Of a stretch of DNA of 64,000 bases, positions 40,652 to 54,534 are shown piece after piece; position 1 is the stretch's first letter; the number at the start of each line of letters is the position of its first letter. The notes under the pieces were generated by a model. The model ran no database searches and was not told the DNA's origin. It saw nothing but the letters and a program-made list of their open reading frames with translations. Source of the DNA: Escherichia coli (GTDB lineage: Bacteria; Pseudomonadota; Gammaproteobacteria; Enterobacterales; Enterobacteriaceae); assembly GCF_051903065.1 (NCBI RefSeq), contig NZ_CP178438.1. One strand, written 5' to 3'. The translations under genes and the position numbers were made by a program.

Positions 40652-41662
40652 TTATCGCGAAAGAGCAATGAGTGAGTCGCGGCGGATCAGTTTTCCGCTG
40701 AAGGTTTTCGGCGGTGAGAAATCCCCACCATCGAGCATAAAAATCAGCCGTCCAATAATTTCCTGAATCATCTCAGTCACCGGAATTTTTACGCTGGAGA
40801 GCGCCGGAACGGTGTAGGGGGCAATAGCGATATCATCGAATCCGATAACTGACACCTGCTCTGGCACCGCTACGCCGCGCTCGTGTAACGCTTTCATCGC
40901 ACCTATCGCCATATCGTCGTTACTGGCAACTAACGCGCTAAATTTAGCCCCACGTTCGAGCAACGTTTCTACCCCTTCGGCCCCGCTGGCGGGCGTCCAT
41001 TTACCGTTAGCGATAAGTTTTTCATTGAGCGCAATACCATGCTGCACCAGCGCGTCTTTATACCCGGCAAGACGTTCAATGCTGGTGGGGGAATCCATCG
41101 AGCCGGTAAGGAAAGCAATCTCCTGATGCCCGGCGTTTATCAACTCTGCCACGGCGTTAAAGCTGGTCTGTTTATGATCGCACCAGACGCTATGGCTGCT
41201 ATTTTTGCGCAGGCGGCGATTAAGCACCATTATCGGCTGACTGTGCGCGTCAATAATGTCATCGATCTCATCCACGCTTAAAAAACGCGGGTAAATCATA
41301 ATGGCGTCGCAGCGCAAATCCAGCAGATACTGAATCGCCTGGCGCTCTTCTTCGGCGCTGTGTTTACCATCTGCCAATAGCAACTGCCGCCCTTTCTCTT
41401 CCGCCATTCGCGCGGCATGAAACAGTAATTCACTAAAATAAATGCCGTGGTAAAGCGTGTTGGTCACTACCAGCCCCAGCGTCTGAGTACTCTTCGCCGA
41501 CAGATTGCGCGCCAGCAAGTTTGGGCGGTAACCGCTCTCTTCTACCGCCTGAAACACGCGATCTTTAGTCTCCTGGCTGACGTAGCCATTACCTGAAAGC
41601 ACGCGGGAAACGGTCGCTTTTGAAACCCCGGCGCGCTTCGCCACTTCCAGCATCGTCGTCAT
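40652..41662 (-). CDS. ascG: LacI/GalR-family repressor of asc operon
   Basis: ORF 40652..41728; start MTTMLEVAKRAGVSKATVSRVLSG (336 aa). Confidence 0.9.
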   Translation of the reverse strand: MTTMLEVAKRAGVSKATVSRVLSGNGYVSQETKDRVFQAVEESGYRPNLLARNLSAKSTQTLGLVVTNTLYHGIYFSELLFHAARMAEEKGRQLLLADGKHSAEEERQAIQYLLDLRCDAIMIYPRFLSVDEIDDIIDAHSQPIMVLNRRLRKNSSHSVWCDHKQTSFNAVAELINAGHQEIAFLTGSMDSPTSIERLAGYKDALVQHGIALNEKLIANGKWTPASGAEGVETLLERGAKFSALVASNDDMAIGAMKALHERGVAVPEQVSVIGFDDIAIAPYTVPALSSVKIPVTEMIQEIIGRLIFMLDGGDFSPPKTFSGKLIRRDSLIALSR

Positions 41663-41921
41663 CATTTTCATCCCTTTACACGCAATCAACGCAGTGTACT
41701 GCACCGTTTGCCGATTGTCCTTGCGCAATCGGCGGGAAAAATATTCAGGTGACCGGTTTCACAAATATAAAAAATGAACAATTCACTCTCTTGCTTATTC
41801 AGTGACAACTATTCATGATTTTGTGAAACCGGTTTCTTAATTCCGTTTCAGCATCGGCATTTTTCCGTCACGTCGACTGATAACAACCACATCTACCCTA
41901 CTGATAACAGGATAAACTCCG

Positions 41922-44812
<2,891 letters not shown>

Positions 44813-44817
44813 GCAAC

Positions 44818-44900
44818 CGTGCCGGATGCGGCGTGAACGCCTTATCCGGCCTACATAGTTCGTGCGACATGTAGGCCCGATAAGCGCAGCGCATCGGGCA
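44818..44900. repeat. REP/BIME palindromic units downstream of ascB
   Basis: gccggatgcggcgtgaacgccttatccggcctac and gtaggcccgataagcgcagcgcatcgggca. Confidence 0.8.
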
Positions 44901-44970
44901 ATTTAGCATTTGGCATCAGAGCTGGTTCACCCCATCAAGAACATCCCTGTCCTGATTCCTTATTGAAAAA

Positions 44971-45441
44971 CTACTCTTCTTCCACCGCTAACTGCGCGAA
45001 GCCGCCGTTCCCTTCCCAGCCTTCCAGTCGTTGATAAACGGTTTCTACCGCATCTTTAATCGGCTGAGTCATCGGGTAGTAAAAGCCGACGATATCCGGC
45101 TGGATGCCGAGGAAAATCACTTCGCCAATGTCTTCTTTTAACTGGTCGATAAGGTAGTTCAACGGCATGTTATGGGTAGTCATCATAAACATCTCGGCGA
45201 TATCATCCGGGTCGATGATGCGGATTTCGCCGGGGTTTAGCCCCATATCCGTGGCGTCGACAATCAGCAGTCGTGTCGGGCGCAGTTCACGGATAGCGAC
45301 GATGTCGTTTTCCGGTGCGCTACCGCCGTCAATCACCACCCAGTTACCTTTCGGCGCGGCGGCGCACTTTTCCGCCAGCAGCGGACCTGCGCCATCATCG
45401 CCCATCATGCTATTGCCAACACAGAGTAAAACGTCAGTCAC
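44971..45441 (-). CDS. hycI: Hydrogenase 3 large-subunit maturation endopeptidase
   Basis: 156 aa ORF at end of hyc operon. Confidence 0.95.
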   Translation of the reverse strand: MTDVLLCVGNSMMGDDGAGPLLAEKCAAAPKGNWVVIDGGSAPENDIVAIRELRPTRLLIVDATDMGLNPGEIRIIDPDDIAEMFMMTTHNMPLNYLIDQLKEDIGEVIFLGIQPDIVGFYYPMTQPIKDAVETVYQRLEGWEGNGGFAQLAVEEE

Positions 45442-45844
45442 GCAGTCTCCTCACCATCAAATAGATGGCGTTTTCCTGATGAATATCATGCAGCATACTT
45501 AACAGCATTGTACTCCATTCCTGCTGCTGCGAAGTTTGCGCTGCCCGGGCTTTATCGAATGCATTGGCCAGCATCGGCACATGGTTAATGTCGATGACGA
45601 TCTCACCATATTTCGGCACACCTTCCATTTTGCGGCGGGCTTCGCTGCCCGCCTCCAGAGTGGCAATCCATGCCAGATATTCATCCCACGGGCAGGTGAG
45701 CGCCGCTTCCAGGCAATCGATAACCCCAAGGTGGTGACCAATCGCCAGGCTGTAATAGACCACCTGCTGCGCCTCGGCGGGCGTGGCATCGTTCTCATCA
45801 ATAAATTTACGGCTCAGTTGACTCAACACCACCTTTTCACTCAT
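45434..45844 (-). CDS. hycH: Formate hydrogenlyase maturation protein
   Basis: 136 aa ORF. Confidence 0.95.
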   Translation of the reverse strand: MSEKVVLSQLSRKFIDENDATPAEAQQVVYYSLAIGHHLGVIDCLEAALTCPWDEYLAWIATLEAGSEARRKMEGVPKYGEIVIDINHVPMLANAFDKARAAQTSQQQEWSTMLLSMLHDIHQENAIYLMVRRLRD

Positions 45845-46608
45845 CGGATACGCGCCTCTTCTACAACATGATTCAGATGGCTGACAATCTCGTTCAGACG
45901 CGGATCGTTTTCCGCTTCCAGCCAGCGTGCAACCTGTTCTTCGCCCTGCCCTAACTGTGTAAGGTAATCATCGGCAATCTGACGACCGTAACGATAACCC
46001 GCCAGTCGACGTGCTTCGCGATCCACTTTCACACGCAGCGGCTGCACCATATCGCCATGCAGAATTTCTGCCGGTTGTTCATCCTGCTCACCCGGCCCAC
46101 GGGCGTGAATTTTCTGCTCCAGCAGGCCGAGCGCCATTGCAAAGCCGTACAGCGTGGCGGCAGGCGTTGGCGGGCAGCCAGGGATATAAACATCCACCGG
46201 GACGATTTTATCCGTACCGCCCCACACGCAGTAGAGATCGTGGAAGATCCCGCCGCTGTTACCGCAGGCACCGTAGGAGATACAAATTTTCGGGTCCGGC
46301 GCGGACTGCCACGCACGCAGCGCAGGGGATCGCATTGCACGGGTGACCGCGCCGGTAAACAGTAAAATATCCGCATGACGCGGTGAAGGAACGACTTTAA
46401 TGCCGAAGCGTTCTGCATCAAACAGCGGCGAAAGCGTGGCGAAAATTTCGATTTCGCAGCCGTTGCAGCCGCCGCAGTCCACGCGGTAAACGTAGGCAGA
46501 GCGTTTGATTTTTTTCAGTAACGACGCCTTCATACTGGCGATGGATTCATCCACCGTCATCGGGACCGGAATGCCGTTGGCGTCACGGGGGCCTAATAAA
46601 TTGCTCAT
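45841..46608 (-). CDS. hycG: Hydrogenase 3 small subunit
   Basis: 255 aa; NuoB-like Fe-S cysteine pattern. Confidence 0.95.
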   Translation of the reverse strand: MSNLLGPRDANGIPVPMTVDESIASMKASLLKKIKRSAYVYRVDCGGCNGCEIEIFATLSPLFDAERFGIKVVPSPRHADILLFTGAVTRAMRSPALRAWQSAPDPKICISYGACGNSGGIFHDLYCVWGGTDKIVPVDVYIPGCPPTPAATLYGFAMALGLLEQKIHARGPGEQDEQPAEILHGDMVQPLRVKVDREARRLAGYRYGRQIADDYLTQLGQGEEQVARWLEAENDPRLNEIVSHLNHVVEEARIR

Positions 46609-47150
46609 CAGATGGCCTCTTTCATATGGCGAGTCAGTTCAATACGGTCGGACGGCACCAGGCATTTCTGGCGCTTACATTCCGGGCAAGTCTCAAAGCT
46701 TTCGCGGTGGTTTTCCGCGCGGCTGTCGCCGTTGTGCTTAAGCAGCGCAATGGCGTAGTCGATCTCTTTCTGGACGGCGAAAGGACGATTGCAGACGCGA
46801 CAGTTGCACAGCGCGAAGCGGGACTGTTGCAGGAAGTCTTCTTTCTTCCACACCGCCAGTTCGTACTCTTGCGACAGCTTAATCGCCGCCGTCGGGCAAA
46901 CTTCTTCGCAGCGTCCACAGAAGATGCAACGCCCGAGATTAAACTCCCACGCAAGCTCTCCTGTGGCGAGGTCAGTTTCAACCGTTAAGGCGTTTGACGG
47001 GCAGGCATTGACGCAGGCCGCGCAGCCGATGCACTGCTGCGGGTTCTGCTCTGGCTTACCACGGAAGTTTTTATCAACCGCAATCGGCTCCAGCGGATAA
47101 GACGAGGTCGCCGTGCCGGTTTTGATGACTTTTTTGATAAAGGTAAACAT
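46608..47150 (-). CDS. hycF: Formate hydrogenlyase Fe-S subunit
   Basis: 180 aa; two CxxCxxCxxxCP motifs. Confidence 0.95.
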   Translation of the reverse strand: MFTFIKKVIKTGTATSSYPLEPIAVDKNFRGKPEQNPQQCIGCAACVNACPSNALTVETDLATGELAWEFNLGRCIFCGRCEEVCPTAAIKLSQEYELAVWKKEDFLQQSRFALCNCRVCNRPFAVQKEIDYAIALLKHNGDSRAENHRESFETCPECKRQKCLVPSDRIELTRHMKEAI

Positions 47151-47159
47151 GGCGATTCC

Positions 47160-48869
47160 TTATTTCAGCGGCGAGTTTTTACGCTCAATGCTGTAACGCT
47201 CGAGTTCTTTGTACGGCACCACTTTGCTCTTCTTCTTACGCACATCGACCACGGTCATGCGGTCGGTACAGGAGTAGCAAGGGTCGAGGCTACCGATAAT
47301 CAGCGGCGCATCGGAAACGGTATTGCCACGCAGCATGTAGCGCAGGGTCGGCCAGTTCGCGTAAGTCGCGGCACGGCAGCGCCAGCGGTACAGCTTCTGG
47401 TTGTCGCCGGTCATGCTCCAGTGGATATCATCGCCGCGCGGCGCTTCGGCAAAGCCCAGCGCAAAGCGGTGCGGAATGTAGGTAAAGCCTTCCACCATCA
47501 GTGGGCCACCCGGCAGGTTATCCAGACCGTAGTCGATCATGTTCAGCGCGGTATAGACTTCGTTGATACGCACTTTCAGACGGGAAATAACGTCGCAGCC
47601 CTGCTCGCTGTGGACTTCCATTGGCAGCAGGCCATAACCAACAAACGGGTGATCGGCGCGAGTATCGCGAGCGTGACCGCTGGCACGGACCATCGGGCCG
47701 ACGTTACTGAAGTCGCGAGCGATTTCCGGGTCCAGACGACCAATGCCGACAGTGCGTTGTTCCATGTTCGGTGTGCTCAACAGCACATCCACCAGCTCCT
47801 GCACTTCACGACGCATCTGTTGCGCCAGTTGGCGGGTCTGGATCATGTCATCTTTCAGCAGATCGCGACGAATCCCGCCGATCAGGTTCAGGCCGTAGGT
47901 TTTACGCGCACCGGTAAGGATCTCTGCCATTTTCATGGAGGTTTCACGCACGCGGAAGAACTGCATAAAGCCGGAGTCAAAGCCGGTAAAGTGGCAGGCA
48001 AGACCGAGGTTGAGCAGATGCGAGTGCAGGCGTTCCACCTCCAGCAGAATGGCGCGGATCATCTGCGCACGTTCTGGCACCTGAATACCCATCGCGTTTT
48101 CCACCGACGTGGTGTAGGCGGTGCTGTGAGCAAAGCCGCAGATCCCGCACACACGGTCAGAGAGGAAGGTCACTTCGTTGTAACCCATGCGGGTTTCCGC
48201 CAGTTTTTCCATGCCGCGATGGACGTAGAACAGACGGTAGTCGGCGTCGATAATGTTTTCGCCATCGACGAACAGACGGAAGTGACCCGGTTCGTCGGAA
48301 GTGACGTGCAACGGACCAATCGGCACGACGTTGTTTTTCTTGTCGCCCAGTTCGTTGATGAACTCGTAGGTTTCAGCATCAGTAGTTGGTGCCGGACGCT
48401 GACGGTAATCCATGCTGTCTTTACGCAGCGGATAAAGTTCATCCGGCCAGTCATCCGGCAGCACCAGACGACGTTCATCCGGCAGACCAACCGGAATCAA
48501 ACCGTACATATCGCGCACTTCGCGCTCGCCCCACACCGCCGCCGGAACGCGCGGCGTCACGGACGGATACTCCGGTTTGTTGGCATCAACTTCGACGCGC
48601 ACCGTAATCCAGCACTTGGTACCCTTCTCCATCGACAGCACGTAATAAACGGCGTAATGACCATTCAGTTTGCGTTCGTCGTTACCAAAAAGCACCGACA
48701 GCCAGCCCCCCTGCTTGTAGTAGAGAAACTCCACCACTTCCGGCAGATAGTTCACCTTTACGGTAACAGTCAGCTGATCTTTGGTCTGCCAGGCGTGGTC
48801 CAGCACGACGCCCGGAAATGCCTCATTCAGCGCGGCGAGATAATGTTGACCTAATTTTTCTTCAGACAT
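47160..48869 (-). CDS. hycE: Hydrogenase 3 large [NiFe] subunit
   Basis: ORF 47160..48890; start MSEEKLGQHYL (569 aa); NiFe-ligating RxCGxC near N-terminal region and C-terminal DPCxxC. Confidence 0.95.
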   Translation of the reverse strand: MSEEKLGQHYLAALNEAFPGVVLDHAWQTKDQLTVTVKVNYLPEVVEFLYYKQGGWLSVLFGNDERKLNGHYAVYYVLSMEKGTKCWITVRVEVDANKPEYPSVTPRVPAAVWGEREVRDMYGLIPVGLPDERRLVLPDDWPDELYPLRKDSMDYRQRPAPTTDAETYEFINELGDKKNNVVPIGPLHVTSDEPGHFRLFVDGENIIDADYRLFYVHRGMEKLAETRMGYNEVTFLSDRVCGICGFAHSTAYTTSVENAMGIQVPERAQMIRAILLEVERLHSHLLNLGLACHFTGFDSGFMQFFRVRETSMKMAEILTGARKTYGLNLIGGIRRDLLKDDMIQTRQLAQQMRREVQELVDVLLSTPNMEQRTVGIGRLDPEIARDFSNVGPMVRASGHARDTRADHPFVGYGLLPMEVHSEQGCDVISRLKVRINEVYTALNMIDYGLDNLPGGPLMVEGFTYIPHRFALGFAEAPRGDDIHWSMTGDNQKLYRWRCRAATYANWPTLRYMLRGNTVSDAPLIIGSLDPCYSCTDRMTVVDVRKKKSKVVPYKELERYSIERKNSPLK

Positions 48870-48886
48870 GCTCAAACTCTCTTTAA

Positions 48887-49810
48887 TCACGCCGCCAGCA
48901 AGGAGACGAACGCTAAAAATGCAAAGCCAAACCCAGCCCAGGTAATGCGCGGAGTAATATCAAGACGCAGACGGGCCATGCTGTTTTCGAACAGCGCGAT
49001 AACCAGGACGCCGACGACCAGTTTGACGATGGCAATCACCAGCGCCAGCAGCAGCCCACCGACGGTGAAGGTTTCCATTTGTCCCCACGGAATAAACACC
49101 CCGACGAACATCTGCAGCACCACCAGCTGTTTCAGGCTGATACCCCATTTCATGACGCCAAAGCCGCTGCCGCTATACTCAGAGAGCGGACCTTCCTGCA
49201 ACTCCTGCTCGGCTTCCGCCAGGTCGAACGGCAGTTTGCCCATTTCGATAAAAGTGGCGAACGCACAGGCACAAAGCGCCAGCACCAGCGGGATGCTCTG
49301 GCTCAGCGGCCAGTGATAAACGGTGTCGGTGATGTTGCTGATGTTGGTGGAACCGGCAACCTGTGCGGCAACCCACAGACCAAGCAGCAGCATCGGTTCG
49401 ACCAGCACGCCAAGCATCGCTTCACGGCTCGCGCCGATAGCGGTAAACGGGCTACCGGTATCCAGACCAGAAATGGCAAAGAAGAAACGCGCGATGGCAA
49501 AGAGATACAGTAAGGTGATCAAATCACCCAGTTGCGGCAGCGGAGAACCGACGGTCACCACCGGCAGCGCAGTAGCGATAGTCAGCATGACGCCCACCAT
49601 CACATACGGCGTCAGGCGGAACACCCAGCCGGAGGCATCCGGGCCAACGCTCTGGCGGCCCAGCAGTTTGAAAATGTCACGATACTCCTGCAACACACCC
49701 GGCCCACGACGGTTATGCAGACGGGCGCGCGCCACGCGGGTAATACCGGAGAGCAGCGGCGCAACGGCAAATAACACCAGCGCCTGAATTAACGGATATA
49801 AAACACTCAT
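48887..49810 (-). CDS. hycD: Formate hydrogenlyase membrane subunit (NuoH-like)
   Basis: 307 aa membrane ORF. Confidence 0.95.
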   Translation of the reverse strand: MSVLYPLIQALVLFAVAPLLSGITRVARARLHNRRGPGVLQEYRDIFKLLGRQSVGPDASGWVFRLTPYVMVGVMLTIATALPVVTVGSPLPQLGDLITLLYLFAIARFFFAISGLDTGSPFTAIGASREAMLGVLVEPMLLLGLWVAAQVAGSTNISNITDTVYHWPLSQSIPLVLALCACAFATFIEMGKLPFDLAEAEQELQEGPLSEYSGSGFGVMKWGISLKQLVVLQMFVGVFIPWGQMETFTVGGLLLALVIAIVKLVVGVLVIALFENSMARLRLDITPRITWAGFGFAFLAFVSLLAA

Positions 49811-49812
49811 TC

Positions 49813-51639
49813 TCAGGCTCCTCGTGAAACAATAATCACCACCAGTACCGCCAGTTCAACCAGCGCCATCCGGCGGAACAGCAACGCACTCCCCTCGCAC
49901 TGCCAGCCCGGCACCAGAGACACCGGATTCAGCCATTTGCGTAGTTTCAGCACCGGCGCAAACGCCTGTTTCACCGGCATGGCAAAACCGTGAGCGGTAA
50001 TCACCATTGATTTTTCGTGGTCGTAGCCGCACACCCAGGCCGCGCCGCGGGAACGCGATGGCAAACGATCGCCTTTGCAAATCGCCATAATGATGAATGG
50101 CAGCAGCGGGCAGGCAATCAGCAGCAACGTGATCATCGGTTGAGAAACGGTGGTGTTAGCAGGCTCCAGCGGCAGAGGTACAGCAGCAGACAGCATCGGC
50201 AGCAGCCACGGCGCAGCAACACCGCCAATTACGCAGCAAATCGCCAGTGCCACTACGCTTACGCTCATCAGGAGCGGCGCACAGGTGGCGTTTTCGGCTT
50301 CTTTGGTACGCGGCGCGCCGAGGAACGTGACGCCATAGACTTTCGCCATACACATCACCGCCAGCGCACCGGTAATTGCCAGACCCACAGCGAGCAGCGG
50401 CCCCAGCAGACGGGCAATAAACGCGCCACTATTGCTCAGTTTGAAGAAGGATTGATAGATAACCCATTCCCCGGCAAAACCGTTCAGCGGCGGCAGTGCA
50501 GCCATTGCCATCAGCCCGACTAACATAGCGATGGAGATAACCGGCATTTTCTTGCCAATACCACCGAGTTTTTCGATATCGCGATGACCGGTACGGAACC
50601 AGACGCTCCCCGCCCCGAGGAACAGTACGCTTTTGAACAGGCTATGGTTAAGCAGATGGTACAGACCACCGACCAGGCCAAGAGCAATCAGCGCCGGTTG
50701 TTCGAGCGCGATACCCGTTACGCCAGCGCCCAGCCCCAGCAGGATAATGCCGATATTTTCCAGGGTGTGGTAAGCCAGTAGACGCTGGATGTTATGCTCC
50801 ATCAGCGCATACAGACCACCGACGAACGCGGTGATCATACCGAGCACCAGCAGCGCGATCCCCCACCACAGCGGTGCATTACCGCCCAGCAGTGACAGGG
50901 TTAAAATGCCCAGCAGGCCAATTTTCATGACTACCGTAGAAAACAACGCGGCAGCTGGCGCAGAGGCGTTCGCATGTGCCTGCGGCACCCAGCCGTGCAG
51001 CGGAATAATCCCGGCCAGCAGGCCAAAGCCAATCACACCGAGCAGCCAGATATCGGAACCGAGCGGCAGCTGTTGCATACGCATATCCAGCAGGCGCAGA
51101 TCCAGCGTGCCGTAACGCTGCCACAGCAGCCAGCAAGCAATCGCCAGCAGCAGAGTGCCAAGACGCCCCAGCGCAAACCACAGTTTGCCCTCTTTGCTGT
51201 TGTTGGTGAGGAACACCGCACACAAGGCCATGACTTCAGCCATTACCACGAACATGCCGAGGTTGCTGGCGATGACGGCGCAGACGGCGGCAGCCATCAA
51301 CATATTGATCTGCAAGCCGTTGCACTTCACCTGCGCGTGGCGATGCCAGTCAATGTTGTAGAGGCTGACAAACAGACCGCACAGACCGAGCGTAATCAGC
51401 CAAATCGCGTTAAGCGGAGAGATTTGCACATCGTAGCTTACCAGCGACAGCGCACCGCTCACGCCAACCGCGCCAGTCAGTACAGTGAAGCCCGCGGCTG
51501 CCGTATACAGACTACCAACAACGCCGCCAATTCCGGCTATCCAGCCGCTTAGCGCCTTTTGAAAAGAAAAGAGAAATGCCAGAACAGCGGCGGCGACAAA
51601 CCACGCCACGCCGCTATTGATCAGGGAAATTGCGCTCAT
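49813..51639 (-). CDS. hycC: Formate hydrogenlyase membrane subunit (NuoL/antiporter-like)
   Basis: 608 aa polytopic membrane ORF. Confidence 0.95.
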   Translation of the reverse strand: MSAISLINSGVAWFVAAAVLAFLFSFQKALSGWIAGIGGVVGSLYTAAAGFTVLTGAVGVSGALSLVSYDVQISPLNAIWLITLGLCGLFVSLYNIDWHRHAQVKCNGLQINMLMAAAVCAVIASNLGMFVVMAEVMALCAVFLTNNSKEGKLWFALGRLGTLLLAIACWLLWQRYGTLDLRLLDMRMQQLPLGSDIWLLGVIGFGLLAGIIPLHGWVPQAHANASAPAAALFSTVVMKIGLLGILTLSLLGGNAPLWWGIALLVLGMITAFVGGLYALMEHNIQRLLAYHTLENIGIILLGLGAGVTGIALEQPALIALGLVGGLYHLLNHSLFKSVLFLGAGSVWFRTGHRDIEKLGGIGKKMPVISIAMLVGLMAMAALPPLNGFAGEWVIYQSFFKLSNSGAFIARLLGPLLAVGLAITGALAVMCMAKVYGVTFLGAPRTKEAENATCAPLLMSVSVVALAICCVIGGVAAPWLLPMLSAAVPLPLEPANTTVSQPMITLLLIACPLLPFIIMAICKGDRLPSRSRGAAWVCGYDHEKSMVITAHGFAMPVKQAFAPVLKLRKWLNPVSLVPGWQCEGSALLFRRMALVELAVLVVIIVSRGA

Positions 51640-52247
51640 TTAACCTCTCCACTTTGAGCCTGCTGAAACAAGGTGAGATCGCCAAAGTCCGTGTTAAAGG
51701 TCAGCTCACGCTTACGTTTGCTGACGCGGGCGATATCGGTGTTATCCACCAGATGCAGGGCTTTAGTCGGGCACATCCGCACGCAGGCCGGACCTTGTTC
51801 ATCAAAGCTACAAAGGTCACATTTGACGGCGATCGCGCGAATACCTGGCACCCAGTCAAGCAATGTGCTGACACGCGCCGGAGCAGGCGGTGCCGGTGGC
51901 GCTTTCGGGGTATTGGCGTTTGCCGGAATATCCAGCGGACGGCTGCCGGAAAATTCAATTGCGCCAAACGGGCAGGCGATGCCGCACAGTTTGCAGCTTA
52001 CGCACAGGCTTTCATTCAACTGCACGGCCCCATCAACGCGGGTGATGGCGTTAACCGGGCAGACCACCGCGCAGGGTGCATCTTCACAGTGGTGACAGAG
52101 CTGCGGCGCAGATTCTTTTTCATTTAGCATCACTCTCAGGCGCGGCATTGATTGCAGGCCGTGCTGGCGATGCGTCTCTGAACAGGCGGCCTCACAAGTG
52201 TGGCAGCCGATACAGAGCGTGGAGTCAGCAATTACAAAACGATTCAC
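51636..52247 (-). CDS. hycB: Formate hydrogenlyase Fe-S subunit
   Basis: 203 aa; multiple 4Fe-4S CxxCxxCxxxC motifs. Confidence 0.95.
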   Translation of the reverse strand: MNRFVIADSTLCIGCHTCEAACSETHRQHGLQSMPRLRVMLNEKESAPQLCHHCEDAPCAVVCPVNAITRVDGAVQLNESLCVSCKLCGIACPFGAIEFSGSRPLDIPANANTPKAPPAPPAPARVSTLLDWVPGIRAIAVKCDLCSFDEQGPACVRMCPTKALHLVDNTDIARVSKRKRELTFNTDFGDLTLFQQAQSGEVK

Positions 52248-52371
52248 CAGGCATTCCTCAGGTGATTGTCATTTTTGACGAAAACATGCCGATGAAATGT
52301 CATTTTCGACACTCATCGACACGCCCATCCCCAAACAGGCGTAACGCCTGCAAAACGGGCAAAGCCTCAGC

Positions 52372-52833
52372 TCATGCTGCCGGGCTTTGTCCCTTTACCA
52401 GTTGGCTTAAATTCACCGGCACATTGTTTTCAATAGCGGTGTATAAGCTGTCGTAAACGCCAGCGATTTTTTCGAGATAGTGTTCCAGAACCTGTTCGCG
52501 ATCGCGGATGTTGACCTTGCCATCAATCATGCCGTCAATGCTCAGTTGTGCCTGCGCAATCCGCTGTTTGTCTTCGCCATCTTTTGTTTCGACGTAATAC
52601 TCGATGGTGTGGCTGTTAAAGCCATCCGCCAGGGTGACGTAAATACGAAAATGTTCAAAAAGGACGAAACAGAGTTCTTTGTCCGGCGCGCAGCTCATGG
52701 CGTGATGCAGGCGAGCTTTCGATAACGTGATCCCCTGAACCAGCGAATTGCAGTAGATGTGCCACTGGTCCTGTAGGCGACGATGCCGCTGTGCGATGTA
52801 ATCGGCTTTCTCGCTTATTTCCCAAATAGTCAT
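52372..52833 (-). CDS. hycA: Formate hydrogenlyase regulatory protein
   Basis: 153 aa ORF, first gene of hyc operon. Confidence 0.95.
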   Translation of the reverse strand: MTIWEISEKADYIAQRHRRLQDQWHIYCNSLVQGITLSKARLHHAMSCAPDKELCFVLFEHFRIYVTLADGFNSHTIEYYVETKDGEDKQRIAQAQLSIDGMIDGKVNIRDREQVLEHYLEKIAGVYDSLYTAIENNVPVNLSQLVKGQSPAA

Positions 52834-52870
52834 TGTCAGGTTACCCGTTTAACAGAGATGCCAGCTTTAA

Positions 52871-52885
52871 GCATTTTTTGTGCCA
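52871..52885 (-). promoter_or_regulatory. Sigma54 promoter of hyc operon
   Basis: Reverse complement tggcacaaaaaatgc (-24 GG / -12 GC) upstream of hycA. Confidence 0.7.
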
Positions 52886-52998
52886 ACTTTTAATTTATTG
52901 TTATTAAAGCGATTTTTAAGATTTTGGTGAATTTCGTCGCCGTGTCGACGTGTCATTTCGACATCATCGACATTATTCACTGCAGGGATAATCAACAC

Positions 52999-53013
52999 TG
53001 GCACAATTATTGC
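52999..53013 (+). promoter_or_regulatory. Sigma54 promoter of hyp operon
   Basis: tggcacaattattgc upstream of hypA; divergent from the hyc promoter. Confidence 0.8.
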
Positions 53014-53044
53014 CTGTAGCTGGCAATAGTTAATGGGAGGCGAT

Positions 53045-53395
53045 ATGCACGAAATAACCCTCTGCCAACGGGCACTGGAATTGATCGAACAGCAGGCCGC
53101 AAAACACGGCGCAAAACGCGTAACTGGGGTCTGGCTCAAAATTGGCGCATTTTCTTGTGTCGAAACCAGCTCTCTTGCCTTTTGTTTTGATCTGGTTTGC
53201 CGCGGCAGCGTGGCGGAAGGTTGTAAACTGCACCTCGAAGAACAAGAGGCCGAATGCTGGTGTGAAACATGCCAACAGTATGTGACGCTACTGACCCAGC
53301 GCGTCCGCCGCTGTCCACAGTGTCATGGTGACATGCTACAGATTGTGGCAGACGACGGTTTACAGATTCGGCGGATAGAAATAGACCAGGAGTGA
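53045..53395 (+). CDS. hypA: Hydrogenase nickel incorporation protein
   Basis: ORF 53033..53395; start MHEITLCQRALE (116 aa); CxxC...CxxC zinc site. Confidence 0.95.
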   Translation: MHEITLCQRALELIEQQAAKHGAKRVTGVWLKIGAFSCVETSSLAFCFDLVCRGSVAEGCKLHLEEQEAECWCETCQQYVTLLTQRVRRCPQCHGDMLQIVADDGLQIRRIEIDQE

Positions 53396-53398
53396 GCG

Positions 53399-54271
53399 AT
53401 GTGTACAACATGCGGTTGCGGTGAAGGCAACCTGTATATCGAGGGTGATGAACATAACCCTCATTCCGCGTTTCGTAGCGCGCCATTTGCCCCGGCGGCA
53501 CGCCCGAAGATGAAAATCACCGGCATTAAAGCGCCTGAATTTACCCCCAGCCAGACTGAAGAAGGCGACCTGCATTACGGTCATGGCGAAGCGGGCACTC
53601 ACGCACCGGGCATGAGCCAGCGCCGGATGCTGGAAGTCGAAATTGACGTGCTGGACAAAAACAACCGTCTGGCTGAACGCAACCGCGCGCGCTTTGCTGC
53701 CCGCAAGCAACTGGTGCTCAACCTGGTTTCCAGCCCTGGTTCCGGTAAAACCACCCTGCTGACGGAAACCTTAATGCGCCTGAAAGACAGCGTTCCGTGC
53801 GCGGTTATTGAAGGCGATCAGCAAACCGTGAACGATGCCGCACGCATTCGCGCTACCGGCACACCAGCGATTCAGGTGAATACCGGTAAAGGCTGCCATC
53901 TTGACGCACAGATGATTGCTGACGCCGCACCGCGCCTGCCACTGGACGATAACGGTATTCTGTTTATCGAAAACGTTGGCAACCTCGTATGCCCGGCCAG
54001 CTTCGATCTCGGTGAAAAACACAAAGTGGCGGTGCTTTCCGTTACCGAAGGTGAAGACAAACCGCTGAAATATCCGCATATGTTTGCCGCCGCCTCGCTG
54101 ATGCTGCTCAACAAAGTTGACCTGTTGCCGTATCTCAACTTTGACGTTGAGAAGTGCATCGCCTGCGCCCGCGAAGTCAATCCAGAAATTGAAATCATCC
54201 TTATTTCCGCCACCAGCGGCGAAGGGATGGACCAGTGGCTGAACTGGCTGGAGACACAGCGATGTGCATAG
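53399..54271 (+). CDS. hypB: Hydrogenase nickel incorporation GTPase
   Basis: 290 aa; N-terminal MCTTCGCG metal site, P-loop GSPGSGKTT. Confidence 0.95.
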   Translation: MCTTCGCGEGNLYIEGDEHNPHSAFRSAPFAPAARPKMKITGIKAPEFTPSQTEEGDLHYGHGEAGTHAPGMSQRRMLEVEIDVLDKNNRLAERNRARFAARKQLVLNLVSSPGSGKTTLLTETLMRLKDSVPCAVIEGDQQTVNDAARIRATGTPAIQVNTGKGCHLDAQMIADAAPRLPLDDNGILFIENVGNLVCPASFDLGEKHKVAVLSVTEGEDKPLKYPHMFAAASLMLLNKVDLLPYLNFDVEKCIACAREVNPEIEIILISATSGEGMDQWLNWLETQRCA

Positions 54272-54534
54272 GCGTTCCCGGCCAGATCCGCACCATTGAC
54301 GGCAACCAGGCGAAAGTCGACGTCTGCGGCATTCAGCGCGATGTCGATTTAACGTTAGTCGGCAGCTGCGATGAAAACGGTCAGCCGCGCGTGGGCCAGT
54401 GGGTACTGGTACACGTTGGCTTTGCCATGAGCGTAATTAATGAAGCCGAAGCACGCGACACTCTCGACGCCTTACAAAACATGTTTGACGTTGAGCCGGA
54501 TGTCGGCGCGCTGTTGTATGGCGAGGAAAAATAA
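54262..54534 (+). CDS. hypC: Hydrogenase maturation chaperone
   Basis: ORF 54235..54534; start [11 protein letters not shown] (90 aa). Confidence 0.95.
   Translation: MCIGVPGQIRTIDGNQAKVDVCGIQRDVDLTLVGSCDENGQPRVGQWVLVHVGFAMSVINEAEARDTLDALQNMFDVEPDVGALLYGEEK

Noticed and set aside
47421-48854. 477 aa plus-strand ORF antisense to hycE; similar antisense ORFs within hycC (about 50017-51552)
   Set aside because: Fully embedded antisense to well-supported hyc genes; low-complexity, Arg/His/Gln-rich translations typical of non-coding frames.
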